Assembly: GCA_036374995.1 (NCBI GenBank)
Contig: DASUSS010000077.1
Location: forward strand, 2,352 to 66,351
DNA: 64,000 nucleotides
From: Longimicrobiales bacterium
GTDB taxonomy: Bacteria > Gemmatimonadota > Gemmatimonadetes > Longimicrobiales > RSA9
Direction of reading: 5' to 3'
Part shown: one piece after another, positions 49,723-59,123 of the stretch
How the letters are laid out: each line of letters opens with the position of its first letter
Position numbering within the stretch: the first letter of the stretch is position 1
Notes under the pieces: generated by a model
Database searches by the model: none
Told to the model about the DNA's origin: nothing
What the model saw: the letters and a program-made list of their open reading frames with translations, nothing else
Translations under genes and position numbers: made by a program

Positions 49723-51032
49723 TGCACGACGCAGGCGTGCTCACGGGCATTCCGTGGTTCATCATTACGGTGCTCAAGGTGCTCGTCGTCTTCTTCGGGC
49801 TCCTCATCGTGGTTGCGCTCCTCACGCTGATGGAGCGCAAGGTGTCTGCATGGATGCAGGACCGCATGGGACCGAACCGGGTGGGGCCGGGCGGGCTGCT
49901 CCAGCCCGCCGCGGACGGGCTCAAGAACATCCTGAAGGAAGAGACGTATCCGGCGCACGCGGCGAAGCTCTTCTTCGTGCTCGCGCCCATGCTCTCGATC
50001 GGGCCCGCGCTCATCACGTTCGGTGTCATTCCCTTCGCCGCACCGCTGCCGACGCCGTGGGGCCTCGTCGACATGATCATCGCCGACCTGCCGATCGGCA
50101 TCCTCTACATCCTGGCATTCGCGAGCCTCGGCGTGTACGGCATCGTGATGGCCGGCTGGTCGTCGAACAACAAGTACTCGTTCCTCGGCGGCCTGCGCGC
50201 GGCCGCACAGATGGTCAGCTACGAGGTCTCGCTCGGGCTCAGCCTGATCCCGGTGTTCTTCCTCGCCGGCAACGTGACCCTCACGCAGATCGTGTGGACG
50301 CAGCAGCAGGAGCTCGGTCTCTGGCTCGCACTGCCGCTCGGACTCTCGTTCATGATGTTCGTCGTCGCATCGTTCGCCGAGACGAACCGCCTGCCGTTCG
50401 ACGTCGCGGAGGCCGAGTCGGAGCTGGTGACCGGCTATCATACCGAGTACTCGTCCATGAAGTTCAGCATGTTCTTCATTGCGGAGTACTCGAACCTGCT
50501 GACGGCGTCCGCGCTCATGGCCACGCTGTTCTTCGGCGGCTGGGACATCCCGTTCTGGAACGGTGACGACATGCGTGTGATCGCCCCCGGCGTGGTCGAG
50601 GGTGCTGCACCCGCGTGGTGGAAGACGATCCTCACGCTGCTCGCATTCGGCGGGAAGACTCTGTTCTTCATCTTCGTGTTCATGTGGGTGCGCTGGACCG
50701 TGCCGCGATTCCGCTACGATCAGATCATGCACCTCGGCTGGAAGGTGCTGCTGCCCGTGGCGCTCGGGTACGTGACCATCATGGCGGCCGCGATCCTGGC
50801 GCTCGACACGCTCGGCGTGCCGTTCGGACTCGTCTACGGCCTGATCCTCACGGCCGTGAACCTGGTCCCGACGCTGGTCTTCCTGATGCTGATCGACCGC
50901 GATCGCGTAATCGCGGGCACGGCACCCGCCGCGCGCCGGCCCGCTCCGCTGCCGCACGGCGTGACGGCGACGCGTCGGTCGCACGCGGGGGCGACGGCGG
51001 ACACGCAGAGCGAGGAGGCCGGATGGCGATAA
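49722..51032 (+). CDS. nuoH: NADH-quinone oxidoreductase subunit H (with C-terminal extension)
   Basis: LMERKVSAWMQDRMGPNRVGP, GWSSNNKYSFLGGLRAAAQMVSYEV, PFDVAEAESELV. Confidence 0.94.
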   Translation: MHDAGVLTGIPWFIITVLKVLVVFFGLLIVVALLTLMERKVSAWMQDRMGPNRVGPGGLLQPAADGLKNILKEETYPAHAAKLFFVLAPMLSIGPALITFGVIPFAAPLPTPWGLVDMIIADLPIGILYILAFASLGVYGIVMAGWSSNNKYSFLGGLRAAAQMVSYEVSLGLSLIPVFFLAGNVTLTQIVWTQQQELGLWLALPLGLSFMMFVVASFAETNRLPFDVAEAESELVTGYHTEYSSMKFSMFFIAEYSNLLTASALMATLFFGGWDIPFWNGDDMRVIAPGVVEGAAPAWWKTILTLLAFGGKTLFFIFVFMWVRWTVPRFRYDQIMHLGWKVLLPVALGYVTIMAAAILALDTLGVPFGLVYGLILTAVNLVPTLVFLMLIDRDRVIAGTAPAARRPAPLPHGVTATRRSHAGATADTQSEEAGWR

Positions 51033-51513
51033 ACGTGAAGACGGTGCGGCGGCCGGAGGGTCAGACCTCGTATCTTCGGGCGACGCTCAAGGGAATGGCG
51101 CTGACGTTCCGCCATCTCGTCGACAGGAAGATCACGCTCGAGTACCCGGACGAGAAGCCGGAGCTCGCGCCGCGGTGGCGCGGCACCCACCGCATGGCCG
51201 TGCACGCGGATGGTCGGCCGAAGTGCGTCGCGTGCGGGCTGTGTCCGACGATCTGCCCGTCCAACTGCATCCGGCTCGTGCCGGGCGAGGACGACCAGGG
51301 GAACCGGTACCCGATCGTGTACGAGATCGACGAGTTCCGCTGCATCTTCTGCGGCATGTGCCAGGAGGTTTGTCCGGTCGAGGCGATCCACGTCGGGCAG
51401 GACTTCGAGAACGCGGAGTATACGCGTGAGCGGTTCATCTACGACCTCGACCGCCTGATGGCGCAGGACCATCCGGTCACGGCGCTGTGGGACCCGGAGG
51501 ATCCGCTCGGCCA

Positions 51514-51517
<4 letters not shown>
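51023..51517 (+). CDS. nuoI: NADH-quinone oxidoreductase subunit I
   Basis: Two 4Fe-4S motifs, CVACGLCPTICP and CIFCGMCQEVCP. Overlaps the nuoH end by 10 nt. Confidence 0.93.
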
Positions 51518-52044
<527 letters not shown>

Positions 52045-52045
52045 C

Positions 52046-52363
52046 ATGCAGCCGATCGGACAGATGGACCTGACCACGATGTCGCTGGCGCTCTCGGCGA
52101 TCCTGTTCACGATCGGCGTGGCCGGCGTGGTCGTGCGCCGCAACGCGATCATCCTGTTCCTCTGCATCGAGCTGATGCTGAACGCCGTGAACCTGGCCTT
52201 CATCGCGTTCTCCCGCACTGCCGGCGTGGACGGCCAGGTGTTCGTCTTCTTCGTCATGACCGTCGCGGCCGCCGAAGCGGCCGTCGGCCTCGCGCTCGTC
52301 ATTGCGGTATTCCGCCATTTCGAGAGCGTGGACATGAAGAACTTCAACCTGCTGCGGTGGTAG
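52046..52363 (+). CDS. nuoK: NADH-quinone oxidoreductase subunit K
   Basis: About 105 aa, 3 [26 protein letters not shown]. Confidence 0.92.
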   Translation: MQPIGQMDLTTMSLALSAILFTIGVAGVVVRRNAIILFLCIELMLNAVNLAFIAFSRTAGVDGQVFVFFVMTVAAAEAAVGLALVIAVFRHFESVDMKNFNLLRW

Positions 52364-52364
52364 G

Positions 52365-54533
52365 GTGGACCATTTCGAGCCCACGCTCCTCTGGGCGATC
52401 GTACTGCTGCCGCTGATCGGCTTCGTCGTCAACGGCACACTCTCGCTGCTGGGCGCGCGCCGGCAGCAGGCGCGCCTGATCGCAGCAGGCGCCGGCGGGC
52501 ACACCCACGGCGTCACGGCCGCCGTCGATCACGGACATGGCCACGACGATGACGCCGCTGTACCCGTGCACGACGCACATCCGGCCGGCGGCAGCAGGCT
52601 GATCCCGACGGTCGTGGGCCCCGGCGTCGTCATCCTCGCGTTCCTCATCGCGCTGGTCAATTTCCTGGGCATGCTGGGCGCGGACCTGCACGAGCCGGTG
52701 ATCGAGACGTACTGGCAGTGGATGCCGGTAGGCAGCCTGAGCGTGGACGCGGCGCTCCAGCTCGACCAGCTGTCGATCCTCATGACGCTCATCATCACCG
52801 GCGTGGGCGCGCTGATCCACGTCTTCAGCATCGGCTACATGGGAGACGACCCCGGATATGCCCGGTACTTCTCCTACCTGAACCTGTTCGTCTTCTTCAT
52901 GCTGGTGCTCGTGCTCGGCGCGAGCTATCCGGTGATGTTCGTCGGCTGGGAGGGTGTCGGCCTGTGCAGCTACCTGCTGATCGGATTCTGGTTCAGGGAC
53001 CGCGAGAAGGCGGATGCGGGCAAGAAGGCGTTCATCGTGAACCGCATCGGCGACTTCGGCTTCCTCGTTGCCATGTTCCTTCTGTTCAGCAACCTGGGAG
53101 CGCTCGACTTCGTCACCGTGATGGCCGCCGCCCCTGCCACGTTCGCGTTCGGCGGCGCGGTCGTCACCGCCGTCACCCTGTTCCTGTTCCTCGGCGCCGC
53201 CGGCAAGAGCGCGCAGATCCCGCTCTACGTCTGGCTCCCGGACGCGATGGCCGGTCCCACGCCGGTGTCCGCACTGATCCATGCGGCGACAATGGTCACG
53301 GCCGGCGTCTACCTGGTCGCCCGCTCGAGCGTCCTGTTCGCACTGGCACCCGTGTCCTCGATCACGGTCGCGGGGATCGGCGCGCTCACGGCGCTGTTCG
53401 CTGCGACGATCGGCCTCGTGCAGACGGACATCAAGAAGGTCCTCGCCTACTCGACCGTCTCGCAGCTCGGCTACATGTTCGTCGGCGTGGGCGTCGGCGC
53501 GTACGCCGCCGGTGTGTTCCACCTCATGACGCACGCCTTCTTCAAGGCGCTGCTGTTCCTCGGTGCGGGTGCCGTCATCCACGCGATGCATCGCGCCTAT
53601 CACGCGACGCACAGCCACGCCGACGCCCAGGACATGCGCAACATGGGCGGGCTGCGCCACTACATGAAGAAGACCTGGATCTTCATGTGGATTGCGACAC
53701 TTGCGATCGCCGGCGTCTGGCCGTTCGCGGGGTTCTTCTCGAAGGACGAGATCATCTGGCAGACCGCCGCTCGCGCGGTCGGGCCGTTCGAGGCGTGGTT
53801 CCGCATCTTCTGGATCATGGCGTTCGCCGCGGCACTGCTCACGGCATTCTACATGACGCGGCTGATGGTCATGACGTTCCACGGGTCGAACCGGACGGGT
53901 GAGCAGGAGCGCCGGCATCTGCGCGAGGTGCCGGGCGTCATGTGGATCCCGCTCGCGATCCTGGCCGCGCTGTCGCTCGTCGGCGGCTGGATCAACGTGC
54001 CGGAGGCCATTGCGCACATGCCGGTGTTCGGCTGGCTCCCGTCCTCCGAGTGGCTGCACGAGTGGCTGCATCCCGTGGTGGAACAGGCGGACGGCGTATT
54101 CGCGGCGCAGGTCGGCGAGCTCGCTCACGCCGCACCGTTCGGCGGCGGGGAGGCGTTCTGGGCGGCGGCATCGTTCCTGATCGCGACGGCGGTGATCGTG
54201 ATCACCGCCTACTCCCTGCTGAGGCGCCGGTACGTGCCGGCGGAGCAGGCGGCGCCGCCGACCGGCCTGCGCCGGGTCCTGTACAACAAATGGTACGTCG
54301 ATGAGGCGTACGATGCCGTGATCGTGCGGCCGGTACTCGCCCTCTCGCGTGGCTTCTGGCGCTTCATCGACAACGGTCTGATCGACGGCGCCGTGAATGG
54401 AGCCGGTTACGCGTCGCGCGCGTTCGGGTGGGTCGGCTCACGGCTGCAGACGGGTCAGCTCAACACGTACGCGTTCGCGGCCGTGCTCGGCGCGCTGCTG
54501 CTGCTGGCGCTCGTCGTCGCGGGAGGGAACTGA
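52365..54533 (+). CDS. nuoL: NADH-quinone oxidoreductase subunit L
   Basis: 722 aa antiporter-like subunit, WEGVGLCSYLLIGFW, GKSAQIPLYVWLPDAM, and the C-terminal lateral helix region. Confidence 0.94.
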   Translation: MDHFEPTLLWAIVLLPLIGFVVNGTLSLLGARRQQARLIAAGAGGHTHGVTAAVDHGHGHDDDAAVPVHDAHPAGGSRLIPTVVGPGVVILAFLIALVNFLGMLGADLHEPVIETYWQWMPVGSLSVDAALQLDQLSILMTLIITGVGALIHVFSIGYMGDDPGYARYFSYLNLFVFFMLVLVLGASYPVMFVGWEGVGLCSYLLIGFWFRDREKADAGKKAFIVNRIGDFGFLVAMFLLFSNLGALDFVTVMAAAPATFAFGGAVVTAVTLFLFLGAAGKSAQIPLYVWLPDAMAGPTPVSALIHAATMVTAGVYLVARSSVLFALAPVSSITVAGIGALTALFAATIGLVQTDIKKVLAYSTVSQLGYMFVGVGVGAYAAGVFHLMTHAFFKALLFLGAGAVIHAMHRAYHATHSHADAQDMRNMGGLRHYMKKTWIFMWIATLAIAGVWPFAGFFSKDEIIWQTAARAVGPFEAWFRIFWIMAFAAALLTAFYMTRLMVMTFHGSNRTGEQERRHLREVPGVMWIPLAILAALSLVGGWINVPEAIAHMPVFGWLPSSEWLHEWLHPVVEQADGVFAAQVGELAHAAPFGGGEAFWAAASFLIATAVIVITAYSLLRRRYVPAEQAAPPTGLRRVLYNKWYVDEAYDAVIVRPVLALSRGFWRFIDNGLIDGAVNGAGYASRAFGWVGSRLQTGQLNTYAFAAVLGALLLLALVVAGGN

Positions 54534-54535
54534 CC

Positions 54536-56131
54536 GTGCTCGAATCGATCGGCTACTCCGGCTGGGTCCTGACCGCGCTGCTGCTGATTCCCGCGCTCGG
54601 CATGGCCGCGGTGCTCCTGGGCAGCGAGCGCAACGCGAAGCACGTGGCACTCGGCTTCTCCGCGCTCGCCTTCCTCGTCTCCGTGCCGCTCTGGTTCGGC
54701 TTCACCGCCGCGTCGCCTTCGTTCCAGTTCGGTGCCAGCGCCGCATGGATCCCGCAGTGGGGGATCCACTACCGCGTCGGCGTGGACGGCGTCAGCGTGC
54801 TGCTCGTGCTGCTCACGACCGCGCTGTTCCCGATCACGATCCTCGGAGCGTACAACTACATCACGCGTCGCGACCGGTCGTTCTACGCGATGATGCTGCT
54901 GCTCGAGAGCGGCGTGCTCGGCGTGTTCGTCTCGCTCGATCTCTTCCTGTTCTTCATGTTCTGGGAGATCATGCTCGTGCCGATGTACTTCATCATCGGC
55001 ATCTGGGGCGGCGAGCGCCGGATCTATGCGGCCATAAAGTTCTTCCTCTATACCGCCGTCGGCTCGCTGCTCATGCTGGTCGGCATTCTGTATCTGTTCT
55101 TCAAGTATCGCGCGTTGACGGGCGAGCTCTCCTTCGCCTATGCGGATCTGCTCCAGCTGCCGCTCACGTTCACGGAGCAGTACTGGCTGTTCGGTGCGTT
55201 CGCGCTCGCGTTCGTCATCAAGGTGCCGATCTTCCCGTTCCACACCTGGCTGCCGGACGCCCACGTGGAGGCGCCGACGCCGGGATCGGTCATTCTGGCG
55301 GCGGTCCTGCTGAAGCTCGGGGCGTACGGCTTCCTGCGATTCCTGCTGCCGCTGTTCCCGCAGGCCGCCACGCATCCGACGCTCGTCGGCATCATGATGG
55401 TGCTGGCGCTGTTCGGCATCATCTACGCAGCCTGGGTCGCGGCGGTGCAGCCGGATGCGAAGAAGCTGATCGCGTACACATCGGTCGCGCACATGGGCTT
55501 CGTGGTGCTGGGCGTGTTCGCGCTCACGCTCCAGGGAGTACAGGGTGCGATGATCGTGATGCTGTCGCACGGCCTGTCGACGGGAGCAATGTTCCTCCTG
55601 CTCGGCATGCTGTACGAGCGGCGGCACACGCGTGCGATCGACGAGTTCGGCGGCCTGGCTGCCGTGGCTCCGGGCCTCGGCACGGTGTTCGTGTTCACGG
55701 CCCTGGCGAGCATCGGGCTGCCGGGCACGAGCGGGTTCGTGGGCGAGTTCCTCGCGCTCATCGGTACGTTCCAGACGCATCCCTGGGTCGCGGTCATCGG
55801 TGCGACCGGCGTGATCTTCGCCGCGTATTACATGCTGCCCATGGTGCAGAAGATCCTGTTCAACGCGCTGACGCGGCCCGAGAACCGCCTGCTGCCGGAC
55901 CTCACGCGCCGGGAGATCGCCGTGCTCGCGCCGCTCGTGGCCGGCATGCTGTGGATGGGCGTGTACCCGAAGCCGTTCCTCGAGCGAGCCGACGTCACGC
56001 TGACCACGCTGATCGAGACTGTCGAGCGCCGGAGCACGCAGTCGTTTTCGCCGCTGGGCGCAGGCATCGCACCGGCGCCACCGGCTGAATCCCAGAGCGA
56101 TGTGGCGGCAGCGGCCGCCGGCGCCGAATAA
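54536..56131 (+). CDS. nuoM: NADH-quinone oxidoreductase subunit M
   Basis: FFMFWEIMLVPMYFIIGIWGG, FPFHTWLPDAHVEAPT. GTG start 3 nt after the nuoL stop. Confidence 0.94.
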   Translation: MLESIGYSGWVLTALLLIPALGMAAVLLGSERNAKHVALGFSALAFLVSVPLWFGFTAASPSFQFGASAAWIPQWGIHYRVGVDGVSVLLVLLTTALFPITILGAYNYITRRDRSFYAMMLLLESGVLGVFVSLDLFLFFMFWEIMLVPMYFIIGIWGGERRIYAAIKFFLYTAVGSLLMLVGILYLFFKYRALTGELSFAYADLLQLPLTFTEQYWLFGAFALAFVIKVPIFPFHTWLPDAHVEAPTPGSVILAAVLLKLGAYGFLRFLLPLFPQAATHPTLVGIMMVLALFGIIYAAWVAAVQPDAKKLIAYTSVAHMGFVVLGVFALTLQGVQGAMIVMLSHGLSTGAMFLLLGMLYERRHTRAIDEFGGLAAVAPGLGTVFVFTALASIGLPGTSGFVGEFLALIGTFQTHPWVAVIGATGVIFAAYYMLPMVQKILFNALTRPENRLLPDLTRREIAVLAPLVAGMLWMGVYPKPFLERADVTLTTLIETVERRSTQSFSPLGAGIAPAPPAESQSDVAAAAAGAE

Positions 56132-56152
56132 CCCGGAGGGCCGCGCACGCGC

Positions 56153-57664
56153 ATGCCAGTAGATCTCTCAGTTCCCGCGCATTACGCAGTGGTTCTGCTG
56201 CCCGAGATCGTACTCTCTATCTGGGCGATGGTGGTGCTGCTGATCGACGTGTTCCAGAAGGGCTCGCGCAGCGAGCCGTCATCGCACACCATGCCGTGGC
56301 TCACACTCGGCGGCGTGGCGCTCGCCGCGGTCGCGAACGCATGGATCGCGGGCGCGCGGGAGACCGGGCCTGCGGGAATGATCGCGGTGGATGCGTTCCG
56401 CATTTTCGTGAATTTCGTGTTCCTGCTCGCGGCCGGCCTGTTCGTCCTCATCTCCACCCGCTACATCGATCAGGAGCGGCTCCGCCTCGGCGAGCTCTAC
56501 GTGCTGATCCTGTTCGGCACGGTCGGCATGATGGTGTTCGCCGGCGCGCGCGACCTGATGGTGATGTTCATCGGGCTCGAGCTGATGTCCCTGCCGATCT
56601 ACGTCCTCACCGGCATCAACCGGCGCGACCCGCGCTCGGCGGAGGGTGCGCTCAAGTATTTCCTGCTCGGCGCGTTCTCGAGCGCATTCTTCCTTTTCGG
56701 CATCGCGCTCGCCTACGGCGGTGCGGGCAGCACGAACCTGCAGCAGATCGCTCAGGCGATCGGCGTCGACGGCATCGGCGCGAGCCCGCTCCTCGTAGTC
56801 GCGACCGCCCTGCTCGCCGTCGGTTTCGGCTTCAAGGTCGCCGCCGTGCCGTTCCACATGTGGACGCCCGATGCCTACGAGGGCGCCCCGGCACCCATCA
56901 CCGCGTTCATGGCGGCCGGCGTGAAGGCGGCGGCGTTCGCCGGCTTCATCCGCGTGTTCTTCACGGCCTTTCCGGGCCTGTACGACTCCTGGGATGCGAT
57001 CGCGATATGGCTCGCGGTCATCACCATGCTCGCGGCGAATCTGACGGCGCTCGTGCAGGGCAACGTGAAGCGGATGCTCGCGTACTCGAGCATCGCACAC
57101 GCCGGCTACCTGCTCGTCGCGCTCGCTGCGGCCTCGGTCCTCGGCGCGGCCTCGTTCCTGTTCTACGCCGTCACGTACACGCTCATGACGATGGGCGCAT
57201 TCGGCGTCGTGCTCGTCGTCGCGCGTATCGGCGAGGAACGGCTCGATCTCGAGGCGTACAGCGGACTCGCCTGGCGCCGGCCTTTCCTCGGCGTCGTGAT
57301 GACCATCTTCCTGCTCTCGCTCGCCGGGTTCCCGTTCACCGGCGGGTTCATCGGCAAGGTCTTCATCCTGCGAGCCGCCGTGGAGCGCGGACTCGTGCTG
57401 CTCGCCGTCGTGCTCGTGCTCGCCTCGCTGGTGTCCTACTTCTACTACCTCCGGGTCGCGTGGTACATGTGGTTCCGCGACCCGGTCGAAGGCAGCACGT
57501 CGGAGCCCGGGCCGCTCGCGCCCGCGATGACGTTCGCGCTGGTGCTCGCCGCTGCCGGCGTCATATTCCTGGGCGTGCTGCCCGGCTCGCTGCTGGAGCT
57601 GGCCGAGCGCAGCGCGGCCGATCTGCTCCGCATCCCGGCCGGCCTCACGCGCCTGGGTCCCTGA
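56153..57664 (+). CDS. nuoN: NADH-quinone oxidoreductase subunit N
   Basis: GLELMSLPIYVL, KVAAVPFHMWTPDAYEGAP, AYSSIAHAGY. Confidence 0.94.
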   Translation: MPVDLSVPAHYAVVLLPEIVLSIWAMVVLLIDVFQKGSRSEPSSHTMPWLTLGGVALAAVANAWIAGARETGPAGMIAVDAFRIFVNFVFLLAAGLFVLISTRYIDQERLRLGELYVLILFGTVGMMVFAGARDLMVMFIGLELMSLPIYVLTGINRRDPRSAEGALKYFLLGAFSSAFFLFGIALAYGGAGSTNLQQIAQAIGVDGIGASPLLVVATALLAVGFGFKVAAVPFHMWTPDAYEGAPAPITAFMAAGVKAAAFAGFIRVFFTAFPGLYDSWDAIAIWLAVITMLAANLTALVQGNVKRMLAYSSIAHAGYLLVALAAASVLGAASFLFYAVTYTLMTMGAFGVVLVVARIGEERLDLEAYSGLAWRRPFLGVVMTIFLLSLAGFPFTGGFIGKVFILRAAVERGLVLLAVVLVLASLVSYFYYLRVAWYMWFRDPVEGSTSEPGPLAPAMTFALVLAAAGVIFLGVLPGSLLELAERSAADLLRIPAGLTRLGP

Positions 57665-57749
57665 GGAATGCGAGCACGGCGTTCGTGCTCTGCATGATGC
57701 ACTCGCCTTTCGCGTCGCCTGCTGAGGTGACTCGCCATTCGAGAACGAG

Positions 57750-59123
57750 ATGAACCTCAACGCACACATATTCCGCGAGTACGACATTCGCGGCATTGTC
57801 GGCCGTGACGTGGACGCCGGCATCGCCGAGCAGATCGGCCGCGCGTACGCGAGCGAGCTGCGCGCGCGCAACGGCGGGCGCGCGGATCTGCGGGTGGCGG
57901 TCGGGCACGACAACCGGCCGAGCTCGCCGGATCTCGCGGCGGGCGTGATCCGCGGCATGCGTGCGGCGGGCGTGAATGTGGTCTCCTACGGCACCGTCCC
58001 GACGCCCGTGCTGTACTACGCCGCGGCCGTGGATGAGACGGATGGCGGGATGCAGATCACGGGCTCGCACAACCCGCCCGAGTACAACGGCTTCAAGATG
58101 ATCATGGGCGGACGCCCGGTATACGGCGACGCGATCCAGTCGCTGCGCGGGCGGATGGAGCAGCAGCGCTACGACAGCGGCAGCGGTGGGCTCGAGGAGC
58201 GCGATATCCTGCCGGCCTACGTCGAGGATGTCGGAGGGCGGTTCCGGCTGGAGCGGCCGATCCGCGTGGTGGTCGACTGCGGCAATGGCGCGGGCAGCCT
58301 GGTCGCCGTGGACCTGCTGCGCCGCGCGGGTGCGGAGGTGATCCCGCTCTACTGCGAGTCCGATGGCACGTTCCCCAACCATCATCCCGATCCGACGGTC
58401 GACGAGTACATTCAGGACATGATCGCGCGGGTGCGCGCCGAGAAGGCGGACCTGGGCGTCGCGTTCGACGGCGACGCGGACCGGCTCGGTGCTGTGGACG
58501 AGGACGGTCGCATCGTGCGTGGAGACATCCTCCTGCTGCTGTTCGCGCTGGATGCGCTGGAGCGCCTGGGCCCGCCGCAGACGCTCGTGTTCGACGTCAA
58601 GTGCTCCCAGGCCGTGCCCGAGGTCTACGAGGCGCGCGGTGGTCGCACGATCATGTGGAAGACGGGTCACTCGCTCATCAAGGAAAAAATGAAGGAGGTC
58701 GGAGCCCCGATCGCCGGCGAGTTGTCGGGTCACATCTGCTTCGGCGAGGACTATTACGGCTTCGATGATGCGCTGTACGGCGCGTGTGCGCTCGTGCAGC
58801 TCACCGCGCGCTCGCCCCGTCCGCTGTCCGAGCGGGTGGCGGAGTTTCCGCAGTACGTGTCGACGCCCGAGATCCGGGTGGACGTGACGGAGCAGACGAA
58901 GTTCGAGATCGTGCGGCGTGCGGTCGAGCATTTCCGGCGTGAGCACGAGGTCATCGATGTCGACGGTGCGCGCGTGCTGTTCGACGGCGGGTGGGGGCTG
59001 CTGCGCGCATCCAATACACAGCCGGTGCTGGTCATGCGCGTCGAGGCGCGCACGGCCGAACGGCTCGGGGAGATCCGATCCATGATGGAGCGGTGGCTGA
59101 ACGAACAGGGCGTCGTCGTCTGA
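57750..59123 (+). CDS. phosphomannomutase/phosphoglucomutase
   Basis: TGSHNPPEYNGFK active-site loop, GVAFDGDADR, GELSGH. Confidence 0.92.
   Translation: MNLNAHIFREYDIRGIVGRDVDAGIAEQIGRAYASELRARNGGRADLRVAVGHDNRPSSPDLAAGVIRGMRAAGVNVVSYGTVPTPVLYYAAAVDETDGGMQITGSHNPPEYNGFKMIMGGRPVYGDAIQSLRGRMEQQRYDSGSGGLEERDILPAYVEDVGGRFRLERPIRVVVDCGNGAGSLVAVDLLRRAGAEVIPLYCESDGTFPNHHPDPTVDEYIQDMIARVRAEKADLGVAFDGDADRLGAVDEDGRIVRGDILLLLFALDALERLGPPQTLVFDVKCSQAVPEVYEARGGRTIMWKTGHSLIKEKMKEVGAPIAGELSGHICFGEDYYGFDDALYGACALVQLTARSPRPLSERVAEFPQYVSTPEIRVDVTEQTKFEIVRRAVEHFRREHEVIDVDGARVLFDGGWGLLRASNTQPVLVMRVEARTAERLGEIRSMMERWLNEQGVVV

Noticed and set aside
57672-57690. A hairpin GAGCACG-GCGTT-CGTGCTC after nuoN as the terminator of the nuo operon.
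   Set aside because: The stem is only 7 bp and there is no following T-tract. It is plausible as a stabilising stem-loop, but the evidence is insufficient to annotate a terminator.
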